From a virus, in UHGV virus genome UHGV-0178007: 38,512 nt of DNA; one strand, given 5' to 3'. Each line of letters opens with the position of its first letter. Position 1 is the stretch's first letter. Shown piece after piece: positions 26,665 to 34,469 of this stretch. Made by a program: the position numbers and the translations under genes. Under the pieces are notes generated by a model that saw nothing but the letters and a program-made list of their open reading frames with translations, searched no databases and was not told the origin of the DNA.

Positions 26665-26895
26665 TCATGCCACCCTCCTTGCCCTGGTGAACGCCGTCAT
26701 GATGTGGCTATGGCGGTGTGGTTTGTCTTGCGTGGGGGCAGGGTCATCCTGGGTGATTTGGCGCGGGTCGATGAGCATGTCGATGAGGTCTGCGGCGTCA
26801 TGGTCGCGCAGCAGCTGGGAGCATGCTTCGGCCTGGTCGCCGGTGATGGCGACGGAGCCGTCCTCGATGACCATGGAGCCTTTGTCTGTCAACAT
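26665..26895 (-). CDS. Hypothetical acidic protein (76 aa)
   Basis: A GAGGAGG Shine-Dalgarno sequence lies upstream of the ATG at 26895. Confidence 0.45.
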   Translation of the reverse strand: MLTDKGSMVIEDGSVAITGDQAEACSQLLRDHDAADLIDMLIDPRQITQDDPAPTQDKPHRHSHIMTAFTRARRVA

Positions 26896-26904
26896 GTCGC
26901 CTCC

Positions 26905-27366
26905 TCAGAAAGGCGCTTCGGCGGACTGGGTAGCCCACGGATCCGACTGCTGGGTCTGCTGTGACCACGGATCCACTCCCGGGTCCTGACGCGGCCGCTG
27001 CTGCTGACCGGAATGCTGGCCCTTCATCGCGTCGAAGAGCACGGACAGGCCGATGTCGTCGGCGGTCACGTCCAGGGACAGCCGCTCTTGGCCGTCACGG
27101 GCCTGATAGGTGGATGGCGCCAGGACTCCGGACACGACGACGCGGCGGCCCTTACGGACCGACTCCGCCGCACCCTCGCCCAGGTGACGCCACGCGTTCA
27201 CCCGGTAGAAGGTCGCCGGGCCGTCGACCCAATTCCCCTGCTGGTCCTTCACCCGGTCTGAATGCGCCACCGAGAAGGACGCCACCGGAATGCCTGACCT
27301 CGTGAATCTCAGGACAGCGTCCTCGGTCGCATTGCCAGTGATGACCACATGTGTTTCTCCGCTCAT
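26905..27366 (-). CDS. ssb: Single-stranded DNA-binding protein
   Basis: OB-fold pattern (VVITGNATEDAVLRFTRSGIPVASFSVA...W...FYRVNAWRHLGE.AAESVRKGRRVVVSGVL...LDVTADDIG) followed by a Gln/Pro-rich linker and an acidic C-terminal tail ending ...SAEAPF. Confidence 0.8.
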   Translation of the reverse strand: MSGETHVVITGNATEDAVLRFTRSGIPVASFSVAHSDRVKDQQGNWVDGPATFYRVNAWRHLGEGAAESVRKGRRVVVSGVLAPSTYQARDGQERLSLDVTADDIGLSVLFDAMKGQHSGQQQRPRQDPGVDPWSQQTQQSDPWATQSAEAPF

Positions 27367-27830
27367 TTGTCAAGCCTTTCGATGTATGCGATTGCGTCGT
27401 TTTTGAGGGGTTCGTGAATGCGTCTGACGTGTGGGATGTCTGCCACGTCCTGGGCGGTCCATTTGGTGGCCTCGCCGATGAGCTGCCATGTCCATCCACG
27501 GGCTCTCAGGTATGCGACCTGGTCGAGGTCAACGGGTGGCCTGTCGTCCGCGCCGGACTCCGAGGCGATGACCTCCAGATGGTCAGGATTGGCACACCGT
27601 GGGGTTCTGCAGGTGCGCCGAAGCTTGCCCGGAGAGGTGACCCACCCATGAGTGGAGGCATGTGCCACGCGGGAGGCGTAGAGGCCCACGGACCCACCGT
27701 CAGCAGTGCGGATGTACAGCTGTCTCGACTTGGAGGTGGCACACCCGTCAGGGGTCCACACCAGGTTTCGCTCGAGGGATTTCGCGGCCTGCACGGGGTT
27801 GAGGTGCAGGGGATGCTGAGTGCTAGTCAT
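27363..27830 (-). CDS. HNH endonuclease (HNH_3/AP2-like, homing-type)
   Basis: ...GLYASRVAHASTHGWVTSPGKLRRTCRTPRCANPDHLEV matches the C.N..C.NP.HL signature. It is inserted between SSB and the hypothetical genes, and its ATG at 27830 overlaps the upstream stop. Confidence 0.5.
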   Translation of the reverse strand: MTSTQHPLHLNPVQAAKSLERNLVWTPDGCATSKSRQLYIRTADGGSVGLYASRVAHASTHGWVTSPGKLRRTCRTPRCANPDHLEVIASESGADDRPPVDLDQVAYLRARGWTWQLIGEATKWTAQDVADIPHVRRIHEPLKNDAIAYIERLDK

Positions 27831-28098
27831 GCCAGCGCTCCCTTGTGGACGCCTTATCGACCATGGAGGCCAGCAGGCCCGGCTCGCCGTCGGCGGCCTC
27901 ATAATGTGAGTCGATGGCCTCGAGCCAGCGCACCAGGCCAGCGATGTTGTGCACGATCGCAGCGGCAAGATCGGCCCCACCCCGATAGTCGTCATCCAGC
28001 AGTTTGTCCGAGAACTCCCGGTCCTGCCTGGCCCTATCCAGTGCGATGAGGGCGAGCACGTCAGGGTTGATGTGCGACCAGATGTAGTCGTCCATCAT
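27823..28098 (-). CDS. Hypothetical acidic protein (91 aa)
   Basis: ORF in the early operon, tightly packed with its neighbours. Confidence 0.4.
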   Translation of the reverse strand: MMDDYIWSHINPDVLALIALDRARQDREFSDKLLDDDYRGGADLAAAIVHNIAGLVRWLEAIDSHYEAADGEPGLLASMVDKASTRERWHD

Positions 28099-28367
28099 GA
28101 CTGCACCTCGTCGTCCAAGGGGAGGCTCATGATCCAGCCAGTCAGGGCATCCAGGTCTCCGATGAGCCGTGCGACGCTGGGGCGGTCGGCTGGGTCGAGG
28201 CTGCTGGCCCGGGCGGACAGTTGGAGAACTGCCTCCTTTTTGTCGTCGGGCATGCCAGGATGCAAGTAGAGCTTGTCGAGCTCTCGTGCCACCTCATCGA
28301 AATGCTCGTACACACCGAGGTATGTCATGTATCCGACCTCGAAAATGTCTTGCCGGGTGATATTCAT
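28095..28367 (-). CDS. Hypothetical acidic protein (90 aa)
   Basis: ORF immediately downstream of recT. Confidence 0.4.
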   Translation of the reverse strand: MNITRQDIFEVGYMTYLGVYEHFDEVARELDKLYLHPGMPDDKKEAVLQLSARASSLDPADRPSVARLIGDLDALTGWIMSLPLDDEVQS

Positions 28368-29176
28368 CGGGCCACCTCGCCGGTGTTTTCGTCGATGATC
28401 TCGGCGTCAAACAGCTGCCCCGGCTCCTGCGTCTCGGGCTCGTCAGAGTGAGCCTCGACCAGTGCGGCGGCAGTGGCGTTGAGCTCGTCCTGAGTGAGGC
28501 CACCGAGGGTGGTCACCTGCCTGCCGAGCACCCGGGAGGCCACCTCGAGGACCTGCTGCTGATTCGCCCCGGTGTCGCGCATGGCTGCGAGGATGACCCC
28601 CCAGTCGGGACGGTCGTCGTGGTGCTCGGCGACAGTCACGCCCTCGGGGCGGGATGGAGGAGCGAAGTCCATCACCTCGTCGGGGGTGTAGCCGACACCA
28701 CCCATCACCTCGTAGCACGCCTCCCGTACGCACTCGGAGAGGGCGCGGTTGGCGAGCATGAGCTCAGGGTTCTTGGCCCAATGCCCCTTGCCCCAGAGGC
28801 CGTGCTTCTCGGCCTTGGCGCGGTCCCAGGTGGCCACGTGCTCAAACTCTGGATCGTCGGCGCGGATGATGACGCAGCGGGCCACGCCATCGTTGAAGGA
28901 CTCGCGCAACAGGTGACCGGCCTTGCGGATGCGGGTGCGCATGAACTTGGCGGAGAAGGATGGCTTGCCGCTGATGATTGCCATCTCCTGCATGATCGTC
29001 CACGGGGATTCGCCCAGCTCAGTGGCCTCGGCGAGGGCCACGAGCACGTTGGCTGGCTGGCGCTGGAAGGCGGGCGGGAGGATGGTGGCTGAGCTGAGGG
29101 CTTCGGCGTATCTCATCTGGTCGTCGAGGCTGGCCGGGGTGACATTGGTTGTTGAATGCTCAATTTCTTTGCTCAT
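28364..29176 (-). CDS. recT: RecT-family single-strand annealing recombinase
   Basis: About 270 aa, downstream of the exonuclease gene, with an AAGGAGA Shine-Dalgarno sequence. Core sequence ...ILPPAFQRQPANVLVALAEATELGESPWTIMQEMAIISGKPSF... matches the RecT/Redbeta core. Confidence 0.7.
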   Translation of the reverse strand: MSKEIEHSTTNVTPASLDDQMRYAEALSSATILPPAFQRQPANVLVALAEATELGESPWTIMQEMAIISGKPSFSAKFMRTRIRKAGHLLRESFNDGVARCVIIRADDPEFEHVATWDRAKAEKHGLWGKGHWAKNPELMLANRALSECVREACYEVMGGVGYTPDEVMDFAPPSRPEGVTVAEHHDDRPDWGVILAAMRDTGANQQQVLEVASRVLGRQVTTLGGLTQDELNATAAALVEAHSDEPETQEPGQLFDAEIIDENTGEVAR

Positions 29177-29186
29177 GGCGATCTCC

Positions 29187-30125
29187 TTAGCTGAGGGTGA
29201 TGAATGGGGTTCCGGGTTGTCCGTCGCGTCCCTTGCGGGCTCGACGGGTGGCGAGCGTGGTGCCGTCTGGTGCGATGGCGGTTCGGGCGTCGCCCATCGC
29301 TGGGGCGAGGATTGCCTTCGCCTGGTCGGAGAACTCCTTCGCCTCGGCGGCGGCGTCCTTGGCGGCGGCGTTGAGCTGGGCTGCCTGGCCGATGACCTGG
29401 AGGGCGTCAGGGTCGTCGATGGTCACCCGCTCGTCGGTGATATCCGAGTGCCTCAGCCGCTCGATGGCGTACTTCCCAGCCTGGCTCGTGCCTGTGTCTG
29501 GCGGCTCGATTCCGAGCTCGAGCATGTCGATGAAGCGCTCTGCCTCGTCGCGGGCGTAGCCAATCCACTCGTTGTCGCGCTCGACGTGGAAGCGGCGGAA
29601 TCCCCACGTGGAGAGGACGGCGAAATCAGCCCACTTGACGCCGAAGATGCTCATGTACCACTGCACCTGCGCCCAATAGTGCGCGGGCGGATTATCGGTT
29701 CCGTCACGCCCCCACTGGCCCGGCTTGTTGGGCGTGTACTTGATTTCCAGGATCCCGACCGGATGCCGCTCTGAGTGCGGGTTGTCGACGATGAGCCGGT
29801 CAGGGTTGGCCAGCTGCCAATCCCTCTTATGGTGGACCCACGTGCCGGTGTTGCGCAGCCACGTCCCCTCAGGGAGGTGATGGTCGGCATACCAGCTGGC
29901 TGCTGCGGGCTCGATGTAGTGGCCTGCCTCCATGAGGTCGCTGGAGGTGGCGTCGTCGAGGGTGCCGCGCTTGCGGTGCCACAGTTGCCATGGCGAGCAC
30001 CATGGCGACAGTCCCATGATGGCGGCGATGTCGGAGCCTCCGATGCGGCTCCTGCGAGCCTCCAGCCATTCGGGTGACCCGTCCGGCCATGATCCGAGGG
30101 CTACTGCTGTTCCTGCGCGTCTCAT
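29187..30125 (-). CDS. YqaJ/lambda-Exo-like recombination exonuclease (PD-(D/E)XK)
   Basis: IGGSDIAAIMGLSPW matches the YqaJ N-terminal motif and ILEIKYT matches the PD-(D/E)XK motif. It is paired with recT. The ATG at 30125 has a GAGGTG Shine-Dalgarno sequence and overlaps the upstream stop in an ATGA arrangement. Confidence 0.7.
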   Translation of the reverse strand: MRRAGTAVALGSWPDGSPEWLEARRSRIGGSDIAAIMGLSPWCSPWQLWHRKRGTLDDATSSDLMEAGHYIEPAAASWYADHHLPEGTWLRNTGTWVHHKRDWQLANPDRLIVDNPHSERHPVGILEIKYTPNKPGQWGRDGTDNPPAHYWAQVQWYMSIFGVKWADFAVLSTWGFRRFHVERDNEWIGYARDEAERFIDMLELGIEPPDTGTSQAGKYAIERLRHSDITDERVTIDDPDALQVIGQAAQLNAAAKDAAAEAKEFSDQAKAILAPAMGDARTAIAPDGTTLATRRARKGRDGQPGTPFITLS

Positions 30126-30304
30126 CGTCGCACCTCGGGGTCGATTCCGTCGCCACCGCAGGTGCGGCACCAGCCGCCCAACTTGCCCTCGCCCGAGCCG
30201 TCACACTCAGGGCATGGGTACTCGTCGCGTCGTGGCACCCGGCTAGCATCGGCGAGCCATTCGCGCTCTGCTCTCGCAATGCTCCACTGGTCGATGGTGC
30301 TCAT
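30122..30304 (-). CDS. Small zinc-finger protein (about 60 aa, CxxCxGxG x2)
   Basis: MSTIDQW...[30 protein letters not shown] overlaps on both sides couple it between the pentapeptide-repeat gene and the exonuclease gene. Confidence 0.45.
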   Translation of the reverse strand: MSTIDQWSIARAEREWLADASRVPRRDEYPCPECDGSGEGKLGGWCRTCGGDGIDPEVRR

Positions 30305-30918
30305 GCCGACCACCTCGCGGCGAGGTTGACAATCACGCTCGGGTGAGCCGCCATGTGGACGTCGCACAGGTCGCAGAACGCGGACAACAGCGGGCGGCGC
30401 TCGGCTATCTGCTCGCCGGTGGCCTCTGGCCAGCCGTCGTCGTTGGCGATGAGGTCGCGGAGTTCAGTGACAGTTCCCGACCAACAACCGACAGTGACCT
30501 CCCAGCCGTCGGGCGTGGGGACCAGTAGGCAGCGGTATGGGTGGAGGCCGTCGATGCACAAGCCGTCCCACAGCGCCCCGCACAGGTTGGCCTCGTACAG
30601 GTCGGCCCCACACAGGTTGGCCCCGCTCAGGTCAGCCCCACGCAGGTCAGCCCCGCTCAGGTCAGCCCCACGCAGGTCGGCCCCACACAGGTTGGCCCCG
30701 CTCAGGTCAGCCCCACGCAGGTCAGCCCCACGCAGGTCAGCCCCGCTCAGGTCGGCCACACGCAGGTCAGCCCCGCTCAGGTCAGCCCTACGCAGGTTGG
30801 CCCCATGTAGGTCGACCCAGCTCAGGTCGACCCTACGCAGGTTGGCCCAGCGCAGGTCGGGCGTCTTTCCACTGTCGCGGGCCTCGCGGATGATCTCTAG
30901 AACGTCGTCCCGGTTCAT
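30301..30918 (-). CDS. Pentapeptide-repeat protein (about 205 aa, roughly 20 consecutive A(D/N)LXX repeats); possible DNA mimic
   Basis: [75 protein letters not shown]. The DNA shows a 15-bp periodicity across about 30590-30860. The ATG at 30918 has a GGAGAAG Shine-Dalgarno sequence. Confidence 0.7.
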   Translation of the reverse strand: MNRDDVLEIIREARDSGKTPDLRWANLRRVDLSWVDLHGANLRRADLSGADLRVADLSGADLRGADLRGADLSGANLCGADLRGADLSGADLRGADLSGANLCGADLYEANLCGALWDGLCIDGLHPYRCLLVPTPDGWEVTVGCWSGTVTELRDLIANDDGWPEATGEQIAERRPLLSAFCDLCDVHMAAHPSVIVNLAARWSA

Positions 30919-31022
30919 TTCTTCTCCATGTCGTCGCGTAACTTGGTGATGACGATGACGGCTGCCATGGCGATGACGAGGACCAGGCAGCGCCCATCGA
31001 ACAGGAATGGCAGAGTGCTCAT
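30915..31022 (-). CDS. Small hydrophobic peptide (35 aa)
   Basis: [35 protein letters not shown]. Its ATG at 31022 and stop at 30915 form ATGA overlaps with both neighbouring genes. Confidence 0.35.
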   Translation of the reverse strand: MSTLPFLFDGRCLVLVIAMAAVIVITKLRDDMEKK

Positions 31023-31219
31023 GACAGCCTCCTGGTGACCGTGTGCTCGCGCAGAAAGGCGGCGATTGCCGACTGCGAGATGCGGTAGCGGGCCTGGCCT
31101 TGGGGGCCAGTCGTGACAATGCAGGTGATCTGGCGTGATGAGCACAGCTCGCGGACAGCGCGAGGGCTCATGTGCAGCTGAGCCGCAGCCTGGCGTGGAG
31201 TGAGCAAGGTGTCAGTCAT
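31019..31219 (-). CDS. HTH DNA-binding protein (MerR/excisionase-like HTH_17). It is the first gene of the leftward early operon, so a Cro-like regulator or a recombination directionality factor.
   Basis: [57 protein letters not shown] strong AAGGAGG Shine-Dalgarno sequence lies 7 nt before the ATG at 31219. It is divergent from the plus-strand gene at 31264. Confidence 0.55.
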   Translation of the reverse strand: MTDTLLTPRQAAAQLHMSPRAVRELCSSRQITCIVTTGPQGQARYRISQSAIAAFLREHTVTRRLS

Positions 31220-31263
31220 GCCGCGCCTCCTTGCCTGTCGTGGCGGCATGGAAGACTGTTCCC

Positions 31264-31941
31264 ATGGACAATGCGGCACAGCTTCTCTACGACCGGCTGA
31301 AGGAATGGCAGACCTCGCCGGTCGGTGTTCCGCTCATCAACTCCCGAGCCATCGACGGGATGTCGTGGATCGACACCCACCTCGAAACCCTCCGCTGGTT
31401 CGTGCAGGTGCGCGACCGTATGACCGACGACGTGTACACCGATGTCGTCAACAACATGGCTATTGCCATCCTCGGCGGCGACATCGGTGTCACGGGACGC
31501 CCCGACGGGCGCGCCATCATCTCCGACTCCGACCTGCTGGTCCTCAAAATGCTTGCCGACAACTGGGGTGACGTCGGCTACTCGCCGTCCTCCCTGGGAG
31601 ACATCGGCAACGTCACCGACGAGATCATTGAGTTCATCACCGCTGCCGATGACATGGATGAGGATTTTGCCCGCTACGTCTTGGAGCTGGCGCAGGGACT
31701 CGACAAAGCTGTCGCGCAATTCGTCGTTTTCGGCCCAGATGGGGTGCGCAGGCTCGCCGCAGAACTCATCGGGGCCCTGGCGGTCATGTTTCCGCAAGTC
31801 CCGGAGGATCGAAACGAAAAGATTCGAGGCTTCGTCAACCGTCTTCGCGAGGGCTTGGCGAATCTGCTGCGTGTCGGGGCAGTCACGGCTGTTGAGGCCG
31901 GTGTTACTGATTTCTTGAAGGCGCTTCCTGCCAGAAGCTAG
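31264..31941 (+). CDS. Hypothetical acidic protein (225 aa) on the opposite strand to the surrounding early genes
   Basis: High GC3 codon usage on the plus strand throughout, whereas the long overlapping minus-strand ORF (31216-32331) has poor codon usage and a low-complexity translation. It is divergent from the HTH gene across a 44-bp spacer. Confidence 0.5.
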   Translation: MDNAAQLLYDRLKEWQTSPVGVPLINSRAIDGMSWIDTHLETLRWFVQVRDRMTDDVYTDVVNNMAIAILGGDIGVTGRPDGRAIISDSDLLVLKMLADNWGDVGYSPSSLGDIGNVTDEIIEFITAADDMDEDFARYVLELAQGLDKAVAQFVVFGPDGVRRLAAELIGALAVMFPQVPEDRNEKIRGFVNRLREGLANLLRVGAVTAVEAGVTDFLKALPARS

Positions 31942-32093
31942 ACGCCGCACCGACGCCTTGTCGACGGAGACGATCCTCGCAGCTTCGAGCAGCCCGGCGT
32001 GCATCTCGGTACTGGCAGGGCTAGTGAGAGCGTCGGTCAGATCCGCCTCGATAGCCTTGAGTGCGTACTCGTGAACACACATGACGTCGGTGG

Positions 32094-32939
32094 TCATGCT
32101 GCGGCCTCCTCGTCGCTTGAGAGGAGATAGTCCAGGTCGTCGGTGCCGCCGAGGATGCGGTGCAGGACTGACAGTCCCTTGGTGGTGATGCGGATCGTCG
32201 GTGCCGGGATCTCCAGTTCGCCGGTGCGATGGTTGAGGAATGGCCCTGACAGCTTGTGGGCGAGCCTGCCGTTCTCGATCTGGGTTTGGTAGGCGTGCCA
32301 CTGGTTGCGGTCCCCGGCGCGGTAGATCCATCCGGCATCAGCCATGACGGTGAAAAGGCGGTTGCGTCCAGTGGAGATGCTCTTGTCTCTCGACAGCACC
32401 TTTGCGGCATGGTCTACGGACATGTCGCCGTGGCAGGATGCCATGGTTGTCCACGCCTTGGCGGCTGGTTCGAGTTCCTTGGCGCGTAGCTCGGCGGCTT
32501 CGCGGGCGTCTTCGGCGTCGATGATCATGCGGGCCAGGTCGCGGCGCGACAGTTCGGTGACAGTGGCAGGGCTTGTCTCGGCCTGCCGGGTGCGCACCGC
32601 AAAGTAGGCCTGTGCCGCGGCAACCTCGGGCTTGTTGGGGTCGCCGTTCATGGCGACGAGGTAGCAGGCGAACCTAGTCAAGCGATAATCGAACTGACTG
32701 GGGCCTCGGCCTCCAGAAACTTTACGGGATCCCGTAAAGTTATTTTCGACGTTGACTCCCTGTGCCTCGGCGGACTTCATGGCTCGATTCAGAGGCACTT
32801 CGAATGCTTGCCACTTTGTGTAGCCCATGAGTGGCATAAGGTCGCGGGCTGACCAGTACTCGCCGCGCTCGTCAGTGCGCTTGATCTGGTCGAAGGGCGA
32901 GTGGGTGTACTGGTCCCGTGAAACGTGCTCGGGTAACAT
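32094..32939 (-). CDS. Phage antirepressor (Bro-N N-terminal domain plus ANT/KilA-C C-terminal domain)
   Basis: HSPFDQIKRTDERGEYWSARDLMPLMGYTKWQAFEVPLNRAM matches Bro-N. SVDHAAKVLSRD...GRNRLFTVMADAGWIYRAGDRNQWHAYQTQIENGRL matches the ANT domain. An AAAGGA Shine-Dalgarno sequence lies upstream. Confidence 0.75.
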   Translation of the reverse strand: MLPEHVSRDQYTHSPFDQIKRTDERGEYWSARDLMPLMGYTKWQAFEVPLNRAMKSAEAQGVNVENNFTGSRKVSGGRGPSQFDYRLTRFACYLVAMNGDPNKPEVAAAQAYFAVRTRQAETSPATVTELSRRDLARMIIDAEDAREAAELRAKELEPAAKAWTTMASCHGDMSVDHAAKVLSRDKSISTGRNRLFTVMADAGWIYRAGDRNQWHAYQTQIENGRLAHKLSGPFLNHRTGELEIPAPTIRITTKGLSVLHRILGGTDDLDYLLSSDEEAAA

Positions 32940-32992
32940 GAAATGTGTCCTTTCTGGACGGTTAGCCCCGGGGTTGATGAGAGAATCGGGGC

Positions 32993-33403
32993 GTGGAATG
33001 GATGAGTGACCCGCAGTGGTGGTCGGCTATCGCTGCGGTGGTGTCGATCGTGTTCGCGGCGTTATCGCTATGGGGGGCTCGACGCTCCGGCCAGCACGAG
33101 AAACAGGCCAGCGAGGCACTGGGGGAGATCGCCCGGCAGGGGCGGCGCCCTGCGTTAGTCCTCCACCACGTCAAGGAGGAGACGTGGGCGGTGGAGAACA
33201 CACTTGATGAGCCGGTGACGGTGACCGGCGTTGCCAACGAGGACAACTGGGCGAGCGTGAATTGGAGCCAGGGCCTGCCGGTCACGATTGACCCCCACCA
33301 GTTCGCGGGGTTCCTCCCGATCGGTCACTGGGGTGGTGATTCGACTCAGATCGTCCTTGAGACTGATCACGGTCGGATTGCCTTGCTGATGCAAAGGTCT
33401 TGA
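32993..33403 (+). CDS. Membrane-anchored protein (N-terminal TM helix, about 100-aa C-terminal domain)
   Basis: High-GC3 plus-strand ORF. WWSAIAAVVSIVFAALSLWGA is the TM helix. It is divergent from the antirepressor across a 53-bp spacer. The start is either GTG 32993 or ATG 33002. Confidence 0.5.
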   Translation: MEWMSDPQWWSAIAAVVSIVFAALSLWGARRSGQHEKQASEALGEIARQGRRPALVLHHVKEETWAVENTLDEPVTVTGVANEDNWASVNWSQGLPVTIDPHQFAGFLPIGHWGGDSTQIVLETDHGRIALLMQRS

Positions 33404-34011
33404 ATGCGCCAATCCCGGAGGCGATAGCCCCGATGATGGCGATAATGGCGAAGATCCAGCTGGTCATGCTGCGCTTCTTTCTGTGTGGGTGGGTGATGGA
33501 TGATGTGGTCATGCAGTGGTGGGATGGAGTCGTTCTGACCGTCACGTGCCTGTCGTTCCTCGGGCTGTGCTGGCAACTGATCGACTCGTGGTGGCGCAGG
33601 CCACCCAGCGGGAGCTCCGTCGCTCGGTCGCCACTGTCCGATGGGAGGTGGGCGATCACGTTCGCCCCTCTCGGTGCAGCCGTGATGTACGACCCTCAGG
33701 TGCGGTGCATCGACTGCTACGTCGAGGACTGGGGCCGCCATCGCCAGGAACTGGACCCCGGTCTGAACGTCCTTGACGGGAACGGTCGAGTGGAGTTCGT
33801 CGTGGTGGTCGCACAACCAGAGCGGCCCGAGCTGGCCACGGTCGAAATATCGTGGGTCTCAGGTACAGATCGACGACGCAGTCGGAGCCTGGTGCGCTAC
33901 CGTCCCGCAACCGGGCAGAAGCTCGAATGGCGTCGATACCGATTTCCGCGAGTGCATAGCGCGCCTGGACGCTGGGTCGAGCGCAGAACAACTGACGCAG
34001 ACGCGGGTTGA
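33400..34011 (+). CDS. Membrane protein (one or two N-terminal hydrophobic segments, beta-rich C-terminal domain)
   Basis: High GC3 on plus from about 33400. Hydrophobic segments MMAIMAKIQLVMLRFFLCGW and VVLTVTCLSFLGLCWQLI. The TTG at 33400 overlaps the upstream stop (TTGA); alternative ATG starts are at 33496 and 33511. Confidence 0.45.
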   Translation: MNAPIPEAIAPMMAIMAKIQLVMLRFFLCGWVMDDVVMQWWDGVVLTVTCLSFLGLCWQLIDSWWRRPPSGSSVARSPLSDGRWAITFAPLGAAVMYDPQVRCIDCYVEDWGRHRQELDPGLNVLDGNGRVEFVVVVAQPERPELATVEISWVSGTDRRRSRSLVRYRPATGQKLEWRRYRFPRVHSAPGRWVERRTTDADAG

Positions 34012-34035
34012 ACCTCGTACGGGTGGGTGTGGTGG

Positions 34036-34320
34036 TCATGCGGCGCGCCTGGGCTGGCTAGTGCGGCGGGAGGCGGTAGCCGTCTCGAACGTGAAAAACA
34101 TGGCCATCGGCTCGCGGGTGGCCTCCCGGATAGCGCGGGCCGTCTCCGGCGAGCACGTGCTGCGCCGCCCGGATCGCAGATGTCCGATGATCGCCGGGCC
34201 GATCCTGCCTCCTGTCATGCGGGACAACTGCCTGTTGGAGATGCCGTTGGCTCGCATGTACTCGTCGAGAGCGCGGCGATTGACGTGCATCCACAACCCC
34301 CTCTCGAAGGTGACTGTCAT
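34036..34320 (-). CDS. XRE-family HTH regulator (94 aa) transcribed divergently from the lysogeny operon
   Basis: ISNRQLSRMTGGRIGPAIIGHLRSGRRSTCSPETARAIREAT is an XRE-type HTH. A GGAGGAA Shine-Dalgarno sequence lies 5 nt before the ATG at 34320. Confidence 0.6.
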   Translation of the reverse strand: MTVTFERGLWMHVNRRALDEYMRANGISNRQLSRMTGGRIGPAIIGHLRSGRRSTCSPETARAIREATREPMAMFFTFETATASRRTSQPRRAA

Positions 34321-34342
34321 GGTTCCTCCATTGTCTCTCAGT

Positions 34343-34361
34343 GGCCACCGGCTTGGTGGCC
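34343..34361. promoter_or_regulatory. 19-bp palindrome GGCCACC-GGCTT-GGTGGCC (7-5-7); candidate operator
   Basis: Read directly. It lies in the 156-bp divergent intergenic region, about 23 bp from the minus-strand HTH gene start. Confidence 0.45.
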
Positions 34362-34450
34362 GATAGCCATACTGTAACCACATCTGGCTACAGTGCGCAA
34401 GGCCAGTAGCCGCTAGTGTTGCCATTGCGGGGAATTACGGCGGTGTCATA

Positions 34451-34469
34451 CGTAGCCACGGCGGCTACG
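34451..34469. promoter_or_regulatory. 19-bp perfect palindrome CGTAGCC-ACGGC-GGCTACG (7-5-7); candidate operator. A related imperfect inverted repeat GGCTACAG/CAGTAGCC lies at 34386-34411.
   Basis: Read directly. It lies 8-44 bp upstream of the possible starts of the plus-strand repressor-like gene. Confidence 0.45.

Noticed and set aside
31216-32331. 371-aa minus-strand ORF spanning the whole 31216-32331 interval
   Set aside because: Its translation is low-complexity and antisense to a plus-strand ORF with strong GC3 bias. Only its first about 50 codons (from 32097) show coding-like usage; those are reported as a low-interest finding.
33282-34039. Minus-strand ORFs 33282-33659 and 33656-34039
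   Set aside because: Codon usage is good only over a short hydrophobic stretch and otherwise poor. They overlap plus-strand ORFs with consistently high GC3, and the 33656-34039 translation is Arg/Pro-rich junk.
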